From Amoebidium appalachense (taxonomy: Eukaryota > Protista > Ichthyosporea), in assembly GCA_963693365.1 (NCBI GenBank), contig CAVNZM010000012.1, positions 1 through 64,000 of the forward strand: DNA of 64,000 nt. Reading direction: 5' to 3'. Positions within the stretch are counted from its first letter, which is position 1. Every line of letters begins with the position of its first letter. Positions 1 through 20,492 of the stretch are shown in pieces. The translations under genes and the position numbers were made by a program. Below the pieces are notes generated by a model. The model saw only the letters and a program-made list of their open reading frames with translations. It made no database searches and was not told the origin of the DNA.

Positions 1-42
1 GAGAGAGAGAGAGACTGAGAGAGCCTGAGAGAGAAAGAAAGG

Positions 43-99
<57 letters not shown>

Positions 100-297
100 A
101 GTTGAGAGAGAGACCACACACACACTACCAACCACACACACACACTAACACACACACACTCTCCCCCCTTTCCCTCCCTCTCCCCTTCTCCCTCTCCTTC
201 CCCCTCTCCCTCTCCCACTCTACCCCTCCCACCCTCTACCCCTCCCTCCCTCTACCCCTTTCTCCATCATAACCTCACTCTTAGGGGTATAACTCAC

Positions 298-8301
<8,004 letters not shown>

Positions 8302-10336
8302 ATGGGGAAAAAGGAAAAGCAGGCAAAGGCCGCAGCGGCTGCAGAGGAAGCTGCAAAGCTTGAAGGGAGAAAGAAACAAAAGTTCGTGAATGGGAAAGAT
8401 AAAAAAAGGAAAGAGAGAGAACCCTCCTTCGGCTCTAACTCCGAGTCGTCGTCGAGCGAGAGCGTGGACGATGCCCTTCCGCCCTCGAGGAAGGCTGCGC
8501 TAGAGGCGCAGAAGGAGCTCAGCCAGCGACACGGTGACGGCCAAAGGGGCAAGGGCCTGCTCGGCGCCTACGTCGCCAGAACGTTCAATGCCAGACCCCA
8601 AGGTATGTTTTCTTTTCCCTTTTTTTGGTCCGTGTGCTGTGCCCTCCCACATAGTTAGTTCCACCGCATAAGCCGACGATCCACGGTTCGTTGTTGTCAC
8701 TTTCCCTCGAGCTTGTATTCTCGAGTATCATTTTTTTATTTTTTATTTGTTTGTTTTTTGTTTTTGCTTTTCTTTCCCTTTCCCCTTCCCAGTTTACCCT
8801 CACACTTTCCTGTTCACAAGGCACAATGCTCACACCAGCTGCTGCACTTTCATTTTTTTATGGAATTGAGAATGATGGGAAGTTGGGTGGTGTTATTCGT
8901 GGGTTTTGTGAACCCATTTCCATGGGAGATGCACTTGCATGCATACCTGCATCTCTTTTTGCAAATGGGAAGGTTCACTCAGTCGTGTCCTCCAACGGTT
9001 GGGGTGAGGTCGTAAGGAAAAACAAACACGTAGACTTTTGCCAAACGAAAGCATACACCTCCAAGTACGACTTCCCAATAGATATGAGTAGGGATGCTTT
9101 TAAGGCTTTGTACAAGTATGCTGTAGAAAACTCTGGTGGTGCGTATCTTGCAGACGTTTCTGTTTCTAAGGCCTCTTGTCCCCCTTCATTCAATCAAGTG
9201 TGTGATATTTCTCCTCTGGGTGTTCAGTTCTACGGGGAGGAGATTCCTGGTGTTAACAGCCCTTGGGCGTACATGCATGCTTTGTTTCGGGGTCAGGCTG
9301 GGAAGTTGCTTGCAACCTTTTTTTGCATGCATATAGAAGACAGTGGCTTGAGTGCACATAACTTGCTCTTGTCTGGGGGACCAAAGTTTTGGGTTATTTG
9401 TGAAAAGGATGTGTTTTTAAAGATCACTAGGCAGATGCATAAACTCACAAAGTACACACACTGCACAAGTGTTCTCCTGCACAAAACACACATCCCTCTC
9501 TCACTCGACATGCTCGACGAGTTAAAGATAGAGTACACGTTCATTGTGCAGAAACCCGGAGACCTGGTGTTTGTGACACCACACACACTTCATTTTGGGT
9601 TTAACTTGGAACCAAACTATGCTGTTGCCTCCAACTATGGTTCTCCTGCCGTTCTCTCTCTTTTCCCGAAGCTTCGTTTGTGTGGGTGCAAAGATTGGTT
9701 TGTTCTGGACGTTGACCGTTACCGTCTCGCCACCGACCTGCGCAGTACTGGTGAGAAATAAATTACTTTCTTTTTTTTGTCATTCAAAGTGTATCCACGT
9801 TGCTTACATTGGTAAACGAATGTCACCATAGGATAACATGCTGATAACATATCTACACCTTGTTGATATCCATTGTTACCTTTTGTAATACCCTTTATAT
9901 CTTGTTGTGTACCCTTTTGCACCATCCATGTTTCTTTTTCGTTTCACGTTAACTCTTCCTTGTTTTCGTTGTTCGAATGCCGTTATCACATAAAAGTGTC
10001 AGCAGTAAATGCTGACATTTCTACCCTCTTTTTTCCCCAGAGATTGATCGGAAGCCCGCATACGGGGCTGAGTCTGGCGCCGTTGGCATTATTCAGCACC
10101 CCCAAGTTGTGGACGAAGTGCAGCACCTCAAAGGGCAGGTTTCGGAGATGGAGCAGGAGCTGGCGAGACTTAAGCGGCGGGCATCCACCAGTGATGAAGA
10201 GGAGGCGGCGCTGACAGTCAAGAAGTCGAAGACCAAGTTGTCCGGCAAGCGCGGCGAGGAGTCCCCGTCCCCAAAGCGCAAGTCGGCCCGACAGAGCGAC
10301 GATACCGAGACCAACCAAGAAGTACGTACCCCCCCC

Positions 10337-10375
<39 letters not shown>

Positions 10376-10468
10376 AGCGCCCGCTGCCCACGACACACAA
10401 ATTCTTCCCCCTCCCAGTTTGTTAGTACCTCTTATCTGCACTTACTCCACGAATTTCATTCCCCCCCC

Positions 10469-10499
<31 letters not shown>

Positions 10500-12571
10500 A
10501 CACACCACACCTCTCCACACGTTTCCTTCTCGTCTTATCTAGATCCTCACACCTGATAGGGGAGTTCCACTCGACCTACCTTGCCCTCGTGATTTTATTG
10601 AAAGCCTTGTGTTACCCTCAGTGCTAACAGGGATAACATTGTGTTACCAAAATGTTACTAAACAGATACTCTGGTATATCCTGTGTTAACATTGTATAAA
10701 AGTTTGTTTGCCTTCTTCCTACCAACTTGTGTGTACGTAAGGGTGTTTATTTATTTCGGTCCACAGTTTGTCTGACACCTCGAATGCCTCCCCTATACAC
10801 ACGTACACACACAGCTCCTGGAGGAGGTGAAGGCCATAAAACGGTCTGACCAGCTGTTTATGGAGCTGGCGACGTTGTTCAACCCCCACCCCATGTTTGA
10901 GAACTCCCCCACGCTCATCATGTCTTTCCTGTGGCCTTGGCTTGAAACGCACGAGACCCAGTTCAAGGAGAAGGACGTGCTGCGCCGGCTTAAGACCTAC
11001 GCTACCTTGCGCCAACCGATCATTAAGGGGCTTCTGGGCCCCATGCGTCATCGCCGTGCGGGGATGACCGCCTTGCTCAAGACGTACATCAGCCACGACA
11101 TGTTGTATAAGGACGGCAGACAGGTATGTTTTTTGGTAAAGGGAACTGCTAGACATTTTATGTATCATGCCTTTTTTTTTTTTTTAAAGAAAATAACTTG
11201 AATAGTGGAAAGGGAACTGCTAGACATTTTATGTATCATGCCTTTTTTTTTTTTTTTTTTTTAAAGAAAATAACTTGAATAGTGGCAGTCTTTTTTATTG
11301 ATAGTAGAAACTTATTCAAGTTAATTCGCATTCGTTACGTCACATGTTTACTTTACGTACTTCCTGTACCCCCCCCCCCCCCCCCCCCTCTTCCCCCCAT
11401 CCTAATAATGTTCTCTATTAGGTAATTTGGTTGGGTGTTATGGTTAGCCTCTATTACTTCCTGCAATTGACTTTTGAAGTTGTTTTCGTTGCAACCAACA
11501 TGTCTCGTATTCTGTGGACTTATTCGACATTCCTCCCTGCAGCTTATGGGCCTTCCGGTTGACGAGCTCAGGGTTGTGCTTGCAAAACTGATGGAGCCGG
11601 TCACGGTGGAGGGGGTGAAGTGCGGCCCCAAGTGGCGTGTGTCCGAGGAGGACGGCCACCCCTACGGCGGCAAGATGGTGGTTGACTGGTTTGACCACCA
11701 GTCAGGGTCGAGAAGGGGGAGCATTCAGAGCTACCTCAAGTCCAGGTACGACGAGGTCACCGTCGTCCCCCCCACGGCCATCGCCTTCGTCCTCTGCATC
11801 TTCGAGAACCTGTACTTCACCAACCCCACCGTCCTTCTTCCCAACGGCCTCAACGACCGGTTGAAAGACAGCAGCAAGGCCTACCTCAACATGGTGGACA
11901 CCCTGAAGGAGGTATGTAGAAGTGTCAGTGGTGCGGCACGATTTTATGTTACAGATGTCCTTTTGTATTTGTATGTGTATGGTGACACAGATAACATTGT
12001 GCACGTAGTATGACATCAGTTTTACCACTCTGGTATCTTTCTCTGACATAGAGACAACATCGTGCACATAGTATGACATCAGTTTTACCACTCTGGTATT
12101 CGGTTGTTTAATACCTTCTTCCTTTTCCTTGTATATCTCTACTGCTTTGTAAGTGTTTGTGTAAGGGGTTGTATGTCAGAACCACCACATTACGACCAGA
12201 CACAATGATGAGCTTTGTTGTTATCATGGGAGAGGACTCACCGCTTTTCTAATCACATCTACTTACACATGTCGTAGGAGTTTGGTTGTTTGTATAGATT
12301 AGATGGTTAGCCTTATTGGGTGGAGGGGAATACGCTTTGCTTCATGCATAACTAACATGCATTGTTCTCCAGGAGTTGGCGAACCACCAGGAGATTCTCC
12401 GCCGTCGCGAGCAGAAGGCCACAGAAAAAAAGGAGAAGAAGAAAGACTCCCCCCCCAGGTCTTCCACCCCCCCCCCCTGCCGACGACGGGGCCCCGCCTG
12501 CTCAGCAACCTTCGACCCCCACTGCAACCCCTCCCGGCCAGCAGACCAGTGAGGAGGAGACGCCGCCGTAA
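8302..12571 (+). CDS. KDM4/JMJD2-like JmjC histone lysine demethylase with basic/acidic N-terminus, coiled coil and unknown C-terminal region (~790 aa)
   Basis: Phase-consistent exons 8302-8602, 8821-9750, 10041-10321, 10815-11123, 11543-11911, 12373-12552 (or 12571 if a C-run is 1 nt off). Motifs YLADV, PGVNSPWAY, FCMHIED (H-x-E), N..GGPKFW, C-x5-HK, QKPGDLVF..HFGFN..N..SNY and CGC parallel the KDM4 catalytic core and Cys3His zinc site. Confidence 0.9.
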
Positions 12572-13778
12572 AATGCGGCCCCAGCCCAGCCTGTTGTGCT
12601 TGTGTGGTATTTTTTTTTTCTTCTTTTTTCCTTTTTTTTGATTCTTTTTGGTATTTTTTTTGTTTGCATAAGAGTAGTGTTTTTTTGAGATAAAGTAGAT
12701 AGGAGAGAATGGATGCCACCTGGGGTGGTATGTAAGTTGTGTTGTTAACACTCGTGCTGTAGGATGCCACCTGGGGTGGTATGTTAGTTGTGTTGTTTAC
12801 TTGTGTGCTTGATGCCACAAGTACTTAGTAAAAAGAAAAAGTGGCATCATCTTCGTGTCTGTCTGCAGAACTGGAGGGAGGGAGGGAGGGAGGGGGGGGG
12901 GGGGGGGGGGGGGGGATACAAATTGATAACAATATGGTACGGTATGGTTAACATAAAAGTAAAATGTATATACCGAATACCACCCATTTGTTACCAAACG
13001 GGCATGTCAACGTATACAAATGGTATCGTAATGTCGTTTTAATGTTATCCGTAATATATAAATGGTAAACATGTGTCGTTCTCGTGGTATACCTGGGTTC
13101 ACCTTTGGTACATGAATTGTAGAGTTTAGTTACCTGAAGTATAACTCTTTGTATAGCATTGGTGACTCCTGTGCTATCCCGTGGTATACAGGAATTTGGC
13201 ATATTGGTACGAGTGCGTCACCACTATGTAAAATAAAGTTAAATTTATGGCAACACAATGTCAACAAATGTATCCGTTTGATGTCCGGCGTGGTAAGATG
13301 GTGTTACCGTAATGGTATATAATGGTTACCCCGGTATATCAAACAGTTATACCAATATGTACCATTACGGTGTCATTGTGTACCAACGTTGTACAATTAT
13401 GTATGCATTAAAGATACCACGTTTGTAACACTGTATATATTATGGTTACCAGACCGTGTAAAACTGTGATATCATTCTGTGTGACATGCTGGTAACGGTG
13501 TGTTGTACAGGGTGATACCACTGCTATACTGTTACACACAATTGTAACACGATGTTAGCAATCTGTATTTAGGGTTTGTACACTGGTAACATTGTGTAAC
13601 CTCGTACGACAGTGGTACCCACAATGTTATAAAAAGATGACAATGTTACCCTAAAGAGCTCGGGGTGATGTTTGCTGATGTTGAAATCTTTCAATGTCTC
13701 GTGAACAACTCCGATTGCCCTCTCATTAATGTGTTAGTCGTGTTTTACATGACACCTCTGTGCACTCTGCTCCCTTAG

Positions 13779-14198
13779 ACCCGTACAAAAACAACAACCT
13801 CCAAGACGGATGTACAGGCCCGAGGTGTCAACGTCACTGTAGCTGCCCTGCCCCTCACCCACTTCTCCCCAGCCCATCTCCTCCGGCAGTTCCTGGATAC
13901 AACGTCCGGTCACCCCGACGACCCCCTGTTCAGTCTCGGTGGCATTCCCTACACCAAGGGTGCTTTCTCTGCCGACTTCCGTGCCCTCCTCTCCCGGGCA
14001 GGCCTCTCACCCTCCCGGTTTGCCGGCCACAGCCTCCGCATAGGGGGGGCCACAGCACTGGCTGAGGCCGGGGTCGACGACTCCCGGATCAAACAACTCG
14101 GCAGGTGGTCCTCCGACTGTTTCCTGATTTATACCCGACTTCGTCCGGCCTCCATTGCTGCCACTACCACACGTGTATTCGCCTCTATTCTTAAGTGA
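13779..14198 (+). pseudogene. 5'-truncated tyrosine recombinase of DIRS/Ngaro-type retrotransposon (C-terminal ~135 aa)
   Basis: Hand translation, absent from the ORF track: SKTDVQARG...DPLF...FAGHSLRIGGATALAEAGVDDSRIKQLGRWSSDCFLIYTR...* shows the K, HxLR, W and Y catalytic motifs. An in-frame stop at 13776 precedes it and there is no ATG. Confidence 0.92.
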
Positions 14199-14226
14199 AA
14201 CCTTTGGAGCAAGCATACTGCTCTCG

Positions 14227-14873
14227 TGCCGTGGTTTACAACCATTGCAGGTTCACTTTCGTCCAAGGGGATGTCCCCCTAGAGGCAACACACGTCCCGG
14301 AGTAGTTTTCATAGAGGTTTTATTTTTGGAAATATTGACATAAATATTTTTCTGGGTAAACACGTAGGATGGGTGTCCGATATCAACAGGCTTCGTTTCA
14401 TGTTTTAGCAGTTCGCGTTCGGCTGCCCGCATACGGGCACCTATTAGCCGATCAAAACATCAGATTCCACAGATCACTAGACCGAGTTTGATTGGCTCAG
14501 GATCAGATTTCACATAACACTAGATCGATTTTGATTGGCTCAGTTCGGTAGCCTTAGGTATATAAGCACGACAGTTTTTAGCAGATCAGCAAGCAACAAA
14601 CACATCTTCTGTGTTTAGCACCTACAGCTTTACAGCTATATTTTCTTTTTCACCCACCCACCTACACCCTACACTCAACCCCCATTGATCCCCACATACG
14701 TGCTGTTTTTTCACCGGGCGAAGACTTCCCCCGTTTTTTGGGCACAAGGACCTCACGGATCAATAAATTGATGACTGGGGGCTTGCCGTGGTTTACAACC
14801 ATTGCAGGTTCACTTTCGTCCAAGGGGATGTCCCCCTAGAGGCAACACACGTCCCGGAGTAGTTTTCATAGAG
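14227..14873 (+). mobile_element. 3' split direct repeats (B1-A2-B2) of a Ngaro/PAT-like YR retrotransposon
   Basis: Identical 90 bp repeats at 14227-14316 and 14784-14873 just after the YR stop. The spacer has two attgg (CCAAT) boxes, TATA (ggtatataagc, ~14557) and aataaa (~14762), as expected for an LTR-like A repeat. Confidence 0.8.
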
Positions 14874-15309
14874 TGGTGGTTTCTGAGCATGGGCACGAAT
14901 GGCTTTGCCTTGATCCTTCTGCCATAAGATGATTCGAGGTTGAATTGATTATTAAAAAACCCCCGATGATCGTGGTTTTACAAAAGCTGTCGTAATAGTT
15001 GATGTACATAGTGGTGCCTAACAATATGTATTATACAATCAGGCTTAGCAATTGACAATCGATATACCCTGTCAAGTGCAATAATGAAGATACTTGCAAT
15101 AATGAAGATAATGCAATATGGGTGAAGATAAACGGTCGCAGCAGATGAACATATACATATTGACACATCTAATCAACCAACCAACAATAAATACGTCCCG
15201 GGAGTAGTCACCTTGGGTGCTGTCTGCCTGCGGCTTGGTCCATGCTGTGCAGCATTTGCCCTTCGGGCCAGCCAGGCTGCATATCATGGGCCGGCCGGCG
15301 GGTAAGCTA

Positions 15310-15352
<43 letters not shown>

Positions 15353-15502
15353 TACCCTCAACTTGAATCTTATATATCGCCTTTTTTTCAAAAAGTTTAC
15401 ATGCCTGGAGAAGGGGGGGGGGGGGGGAGAGGGGGGGGGGGGGGGGAATTCGCCATGGCCGATTTTCTCAGCCACCCAGGTAAAACACTTTTTAGGGAAT
15501 TT

Positions 15503-15768
15503 TGACACATGACACAAACATCCTTGTGGCTGCCACTGCAAGGAGTTTCATTATGGCTGCCACAAGGTATCGATCGAAGATCTCAGTCTAGAACATTCGT
15601 ATCAGCGAAATTATTGTTTGTGGCATGTCCCAATTACATAAGTAGACTGTGGGAGCTGACCTGACCCATTTCCAATCATAGCTAAATACCGAGATCTCAG
15701 ATCCGACCTTTGTGGCAGCCACAAAACTTTCCCTTATGGCAGCCACAAAGCGATTTGACGATGTGTCA
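15503..15768. mobile_element. Degenerate MITE-like element with ~85 bp imperfect inverted arms
   Basis: tgacacat...tgtggctgcca...tggctgccacaaggt...agatctc mirrored by gagatct...acctttgtggcagcca...tggcagccaca...atgtgtca; no ORF. Confidence 0.65.
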
Positions 15769-15985
15769 TTTGTGACTAAAAAGTGTTGTAAGCGATAAAT
15801 TGCATTCTCTGTAGTAAGCCTCTTTGTTAGGAATGGTGCAAATTAGCCGGGAACCACACACTAAGTTGCTTATAAGGGGCATTTGCATGGGTTCTTTCGA
15901 AAAAGAGATTATAAGATCTATTGATATCGGTGTGGGTGAGAGCATGCACACCAAACACCTCGGGGTACTTTTATCCTCCTCCTCC

Positions 15986-16041
<56 letters not shown>

Positions 16042-17471
16042 ACACACACATTCCCCCCCGTGCGGGGGCATACTACCATTCAACACACCAACTCTCACAA
16101 ATGCGCCGCCCTTTGTCGACACTGAGGCCGCCCTCGACAATCGATATCAAGGCTTGGGATAAATGCTAATCGTTACAGTGTGCCGAAGAGCTGCCGTCGA
16201 CGTCTGACTCACGTGCATAGCAGCATTTCAACGGTACATGTACACAGCCCCTTGTGGAGTACTAACTAATGGATCAGCTCGATCGCCAATTAGCCACATT
16301 ATGATTATAGAGGCACGTTATCTTCACACATTAGCTGTCGTGTTTGAGTAACGACACCTCCTTTAATTAATTGTGTGAATGCTTTAATAACAGTCCGGGT
16401 GCCAGCCCCACGTGACTTCAGTAGAGTGGTAGTGGTTGACTAAATTTATAGTGCAGAATTAATTGTGATATAGTTTAAGTGCTGCCCGGCCCTGCCAGCT
16501 ATATAGGGTAAATAGTGTTATTTTCATATTTATGTGACACTGAGCTTCCGCATGGACAGAACTTCACACATCCTACTGCTGAGCGTTATAATAAAAACCA
16601 AAAGCGTCCAATCAGGGTTGCACATTATGATTAAATCCTACAACATCCAATCACGGCACGGTTCTGAATCCAGCGACCAAATTGGGCTACAGTAACCAAT
16701 AGGATTGATATAACTATAAACCAATAGGAACGGGATTGCCATTACTATAAATGGCAATGATTACATCATATTCCATGTTCTCAGTATACCGTGTGCATCT
16801 ACTACATCTACTACAGCACAAGATCACCGCTATATATGTGGCATGGCAAAGGGGAATGACATATATCTCATGCCATGCAAATTGACATGTCCTGACAGAC
16901 ACTGCATGGCCCTCGAATACCCACATCCCCACTACCTTCCAACCAAGGCGGCACTGTCTGTATAACATGAAAATTCTTAAAGTTTCCAGAGCAATAACAA
17001 AGCATCCCAAATAATCTGGTGCAGTTGGGTGCACATATATGGCCGCTATGAACGGACTGCCAACAGCACATAGGGCACTGCCGCACCCAACAGCACAGTA
17101 ACTAGTACTCCAACCACCACCCACCATGCCACCACCGGGCCAGCCTGCCCATACCTGCTGCCTGCCACATGTGACACCCATGTTCTTGCCAGCCACCACC
17201 ACCCCCTCCATCCCCATTGTGGTGGGGCCACACTCTCTGCTGGGGCTTGCAAGAGGCCCTCACTGGCTGTCAGCTCCAAGTCTGACTGGCCCATAGCATG
17301 CTGGGCCCTGTGTGTGATTGCAGTTAGTGGGTGGTTTGGCAAGAAGCAGTGCTGCTGGGGACACTAATATGATGTCTTGGGTTGGCTGTTGGGGGCAGCC
17401 AATGATTAACATGGGCTATGCTGGTCAGAGCAGGCACGTGCATTTGCTGATGACCAGCCCACTCTAAGCAT

Positions 17472-20135
17472 TTACTCCCCCTGTAAAGCCCGAACGTAAA
17501 GAGGTATACATGTGCTCTGCCCGGGGGGGGGGGGGAGGGGAGGGAGGGGGAGGGGGAGGGGGGGAGAAGGGGGGAGAGGGGGGGGGGGGGGGGGGGAGGG
17601 GGGGGGGGGGGCTAACCCAGAGACCCACCTTGCACACCAAGGGCAGCCTAGCTTGCAGCTAGGTGCCACAGTGCGGGCAGACAGTTGGCGGCACTTCTTT
17701 GCCGACCAGCACACAGCATGCAGCAGCAGCATGGCGGCCCAGAACACACACAGGCCAGTCCACACCCCCAGTATATACGTGGTGGGCAGCACTACTTCCC
17801 CCTCGTTCAGCCGCCACCGCCCACAGTCTGAGGGCACATCTTCATCTGCCTGCTCATAGTACCAGCCCAACTGGCTGTCTGCTAAAAATAGCTCCTGGAT
17901 GGCTCGGCCCCGCCACTGCACTGGCTGGTCATAGCCCATTGCATACATGGCCGTGGAGGGTATGTCCACCAATAGAACAGGGGTCACTAGCTCCCTGCCC
18001 TGGCGGAAAGAAGGCACCACACCCCCCCACATGACTAGGGTGGTCTGTAGCTGGTTGAGCTTGAAGTCACCGTGCAGCCGGCCACTTGCCGTGCGACCAT
18101 GGTCACTCACAAGCAGCAGCAGGGTGGTGGCTAGAAGGCCAGTAGCCTCGATGGACGCAATCAGGCGCCCAAGGGCCAGGTCCATAAGATCCACCTGCAC
18201 TATCCACCATGTGAGGGCTCGGTCTCAAGACATCCGCAAACACTACACACAACCAGTATACATTTCTCCACACACCCCCATGCACGTACCCACACACGTA
18301 TGCATAGATAAGTCACGCATGTACAGGCACACCCAAGCACACGAAGACATGGATGCACACAATACTTAGCCTTTCCTCCTTCTTCCTCTCCCCCCCCGCC
18401 CCCCTCTCCCTCCCCCCTTCCCCCACCCCACCCCACCCAACCACCCTACCCCACCCACCCACCCACCCACCTATCCACTCGACCCCATCACCCATCCTTC
18501 CAAACGCCCCCCTTCTCCCCCACCCACCCCCCTCATCCAACCCCCCACCCCCACCCCTTTCCCCCACCCCCACTCACCCCATTCCCCACGCCCCTCCCCC
18601 TCCCCCCCTCCCACACCCACCTGCCGCCACCCACCCACACCCTCAACCTACACACCCAATCCCCCCTTCCCTCCCCTCTCCAACACCACCACCACCTGCC
18701 CACCCATCCCCCCCTCACCCCTCATTCACTCAACTCACCTAAACCCCACCCACACCGACCCACCCACACCTCCCACCCACCCCCAACCCACACCGACCCC
18801 CTCACCCACACCCACACACCCACACCACCGATCCTTCCTCCCCCCCCGCCCCAATCCAACACCACCACACCCCACCCACATCCCCCCCCCCCCCCCCCCC
18901 CCCCCCCCCCACACCCACACACACACACACACCGGGGGCGACCACGGGTAGGACCCGAGGCAGACGGAACATCCCCGAGATCCGCCAAAAGTCACTAATG
19001 AGAAGACACATACCAAACATGTGCACACACAAGCATGGCTTGCTGCATACCTGCCTGTCATATGCTGCACCATAACCGTGAGCGTGGCCGACCTCATCGA
19101 CCTCGTTTAGCTGCACAAACATCAGGTCAGGTGCATGGGCAGTGAAATACTCTGCGGCTGCCCCTGCCACCTCGCTGTCACTGCCCCCCACCACGGTGTG
19201 GTTGCGGTGTCTTGCTGGGCCCTGCATGGCCTCGCTCAGGCCCGTCCAGCCAGCAAGCAGGGCCGTGGTGGCGTTTGGCTGCTGGGCCCGCAGGATGGTG
19301 AATATGTCGGGGGTGCTGGCACAGCGCCCGTCTGGCCGGGTGCTGATGTCGGGCAGGTGTGCATTGCTGCACAGCGGTCAGGGTCAGTAGACTGCCCGGT
19401 TATCCAACGCATATGTGCATGCCGTAAACCCAGTGGCGGGGCTGCCTGTCATACATGCATGTGTGCAGCTCAGTTAGTGACTGTGCCTAAAAACACGTTA
19501 AAGAAGCCGGGCAAAGGTAGGCGGGAAGGGGGGGGGGGGGGGGGGGGGGGTTGGGGGGGGGGTAGTCTGGCAGAGCCAAGTATATTTGCTGTAAAAAGCC
19601 TCTTTATGTCGTCAGATTGGCAAGGGGTAAGAGGGAGGAGGGAGGCGGGGGGGAGGGGACGAGAGGGGGGGGGGGGGGGGGGGGGGGGGAGTCAGTCATC
19701 GAAGGAATGCTGTAGATCCTGTGTGCAAAACCAGTGTGTAAATTGGGTTACAACTCCTGGGAGGAAAGAGGGGAGAGGAGGGGGAGGGGGTGTTGAGGGT
19801 TGTGTGGGGCCTTACCTGGGGTCCCACAGGTTGTTGGGCACACCTGACTCTGTGGGGGTGACTGAGCGCAGCACGGCCAGCCAGTTGGGTGCGCTTATGG
19901 CCGGGAACACGGACCGGCAGTTGTGCGTGTGCAGGCCTGACCGCAGCAGCCGCCGCACCGTGGGCAGGTCGTCCTTCTTAGCCGCCAGGCGGGCCGTCAG
20001 GTACTGACTGCCCAGGCCGTCCACACCTACCAGCACCACGTGCCTGGCCCTGCGCACTCCAACAGCAGGCTGGCCCAGCCCGGCCGCACAGCCAGCAAGC
20101 CATAGCGCAAGAGGGCCCACCAGCCACATGCCCAT
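17472..20135 (-). CDS. Alkaline phosphatase superfamily type I phosphodiesterase/nucleotide pyrophosphatase; signal peptide and C-terminal TM helix
   Basis: Exons 20135-19816, 19366-19051, 18194-17472. Motifs VVLVGVDGLG, FPAISAPNW, VDEVGHAHG, VSDHG, LHG, VDIPST. The extreme C-terminus runs through poly-G/C and is uncertain. Confidence 0.88.
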
Positions 20136-20492
20136 GATGGCGCATAGACACCCGTGTCATACACAAACACCTCACGCTGACCTGCTGACAAATGAGAGCA
20201 AGCAGATGGGGAAGGCCACTGTGAAAGTGACTGGCAACAACGTAAGTGCCCTCTTGGGATTGGTGGAGGATGCATCATGGTACACGCTGTACCACTCCTT
20301 TGTGTGCGATGGCCTGGCGAAACTATCATTCAAAAAACAATCTCTCGACAGGCAGGCCAAACTGATGAGTAAAAACACTGGCGAAAAGTAGCGCCGACCA
20401 GGTTGTATTCTAGCTGGTTTTTGTACGGTGTTTAGGCTTAGCTCCACGCCAAGCAAGGGCCCAGGGCACTGTGTTCAGCAGCAGGGCACGCC
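20136..20492. promoter_or_regulatory. Short bidirectional promoter between NPP-like and HINT3-like genes
   Basis: Divergent start codons only ~360 bp apart. Confidence 0.55.

Noticed and set aside
8302-12571. JmjC gene as part of an endogenous giant virus
   Set aside because: No viral hallmark genes or intron-poor gene-dense block in the window; the gene is spliced and adjacent to a transposase. Viral ancestry of the domain is not excluded.
13779-14198. Phage/bacterial integrase or Crypton
   Set aside because: Motif style (SKTD, GHSLRIGGAT, GRWSS) plus downstream split direct repeats fits DIRS-order retrotransposons better.
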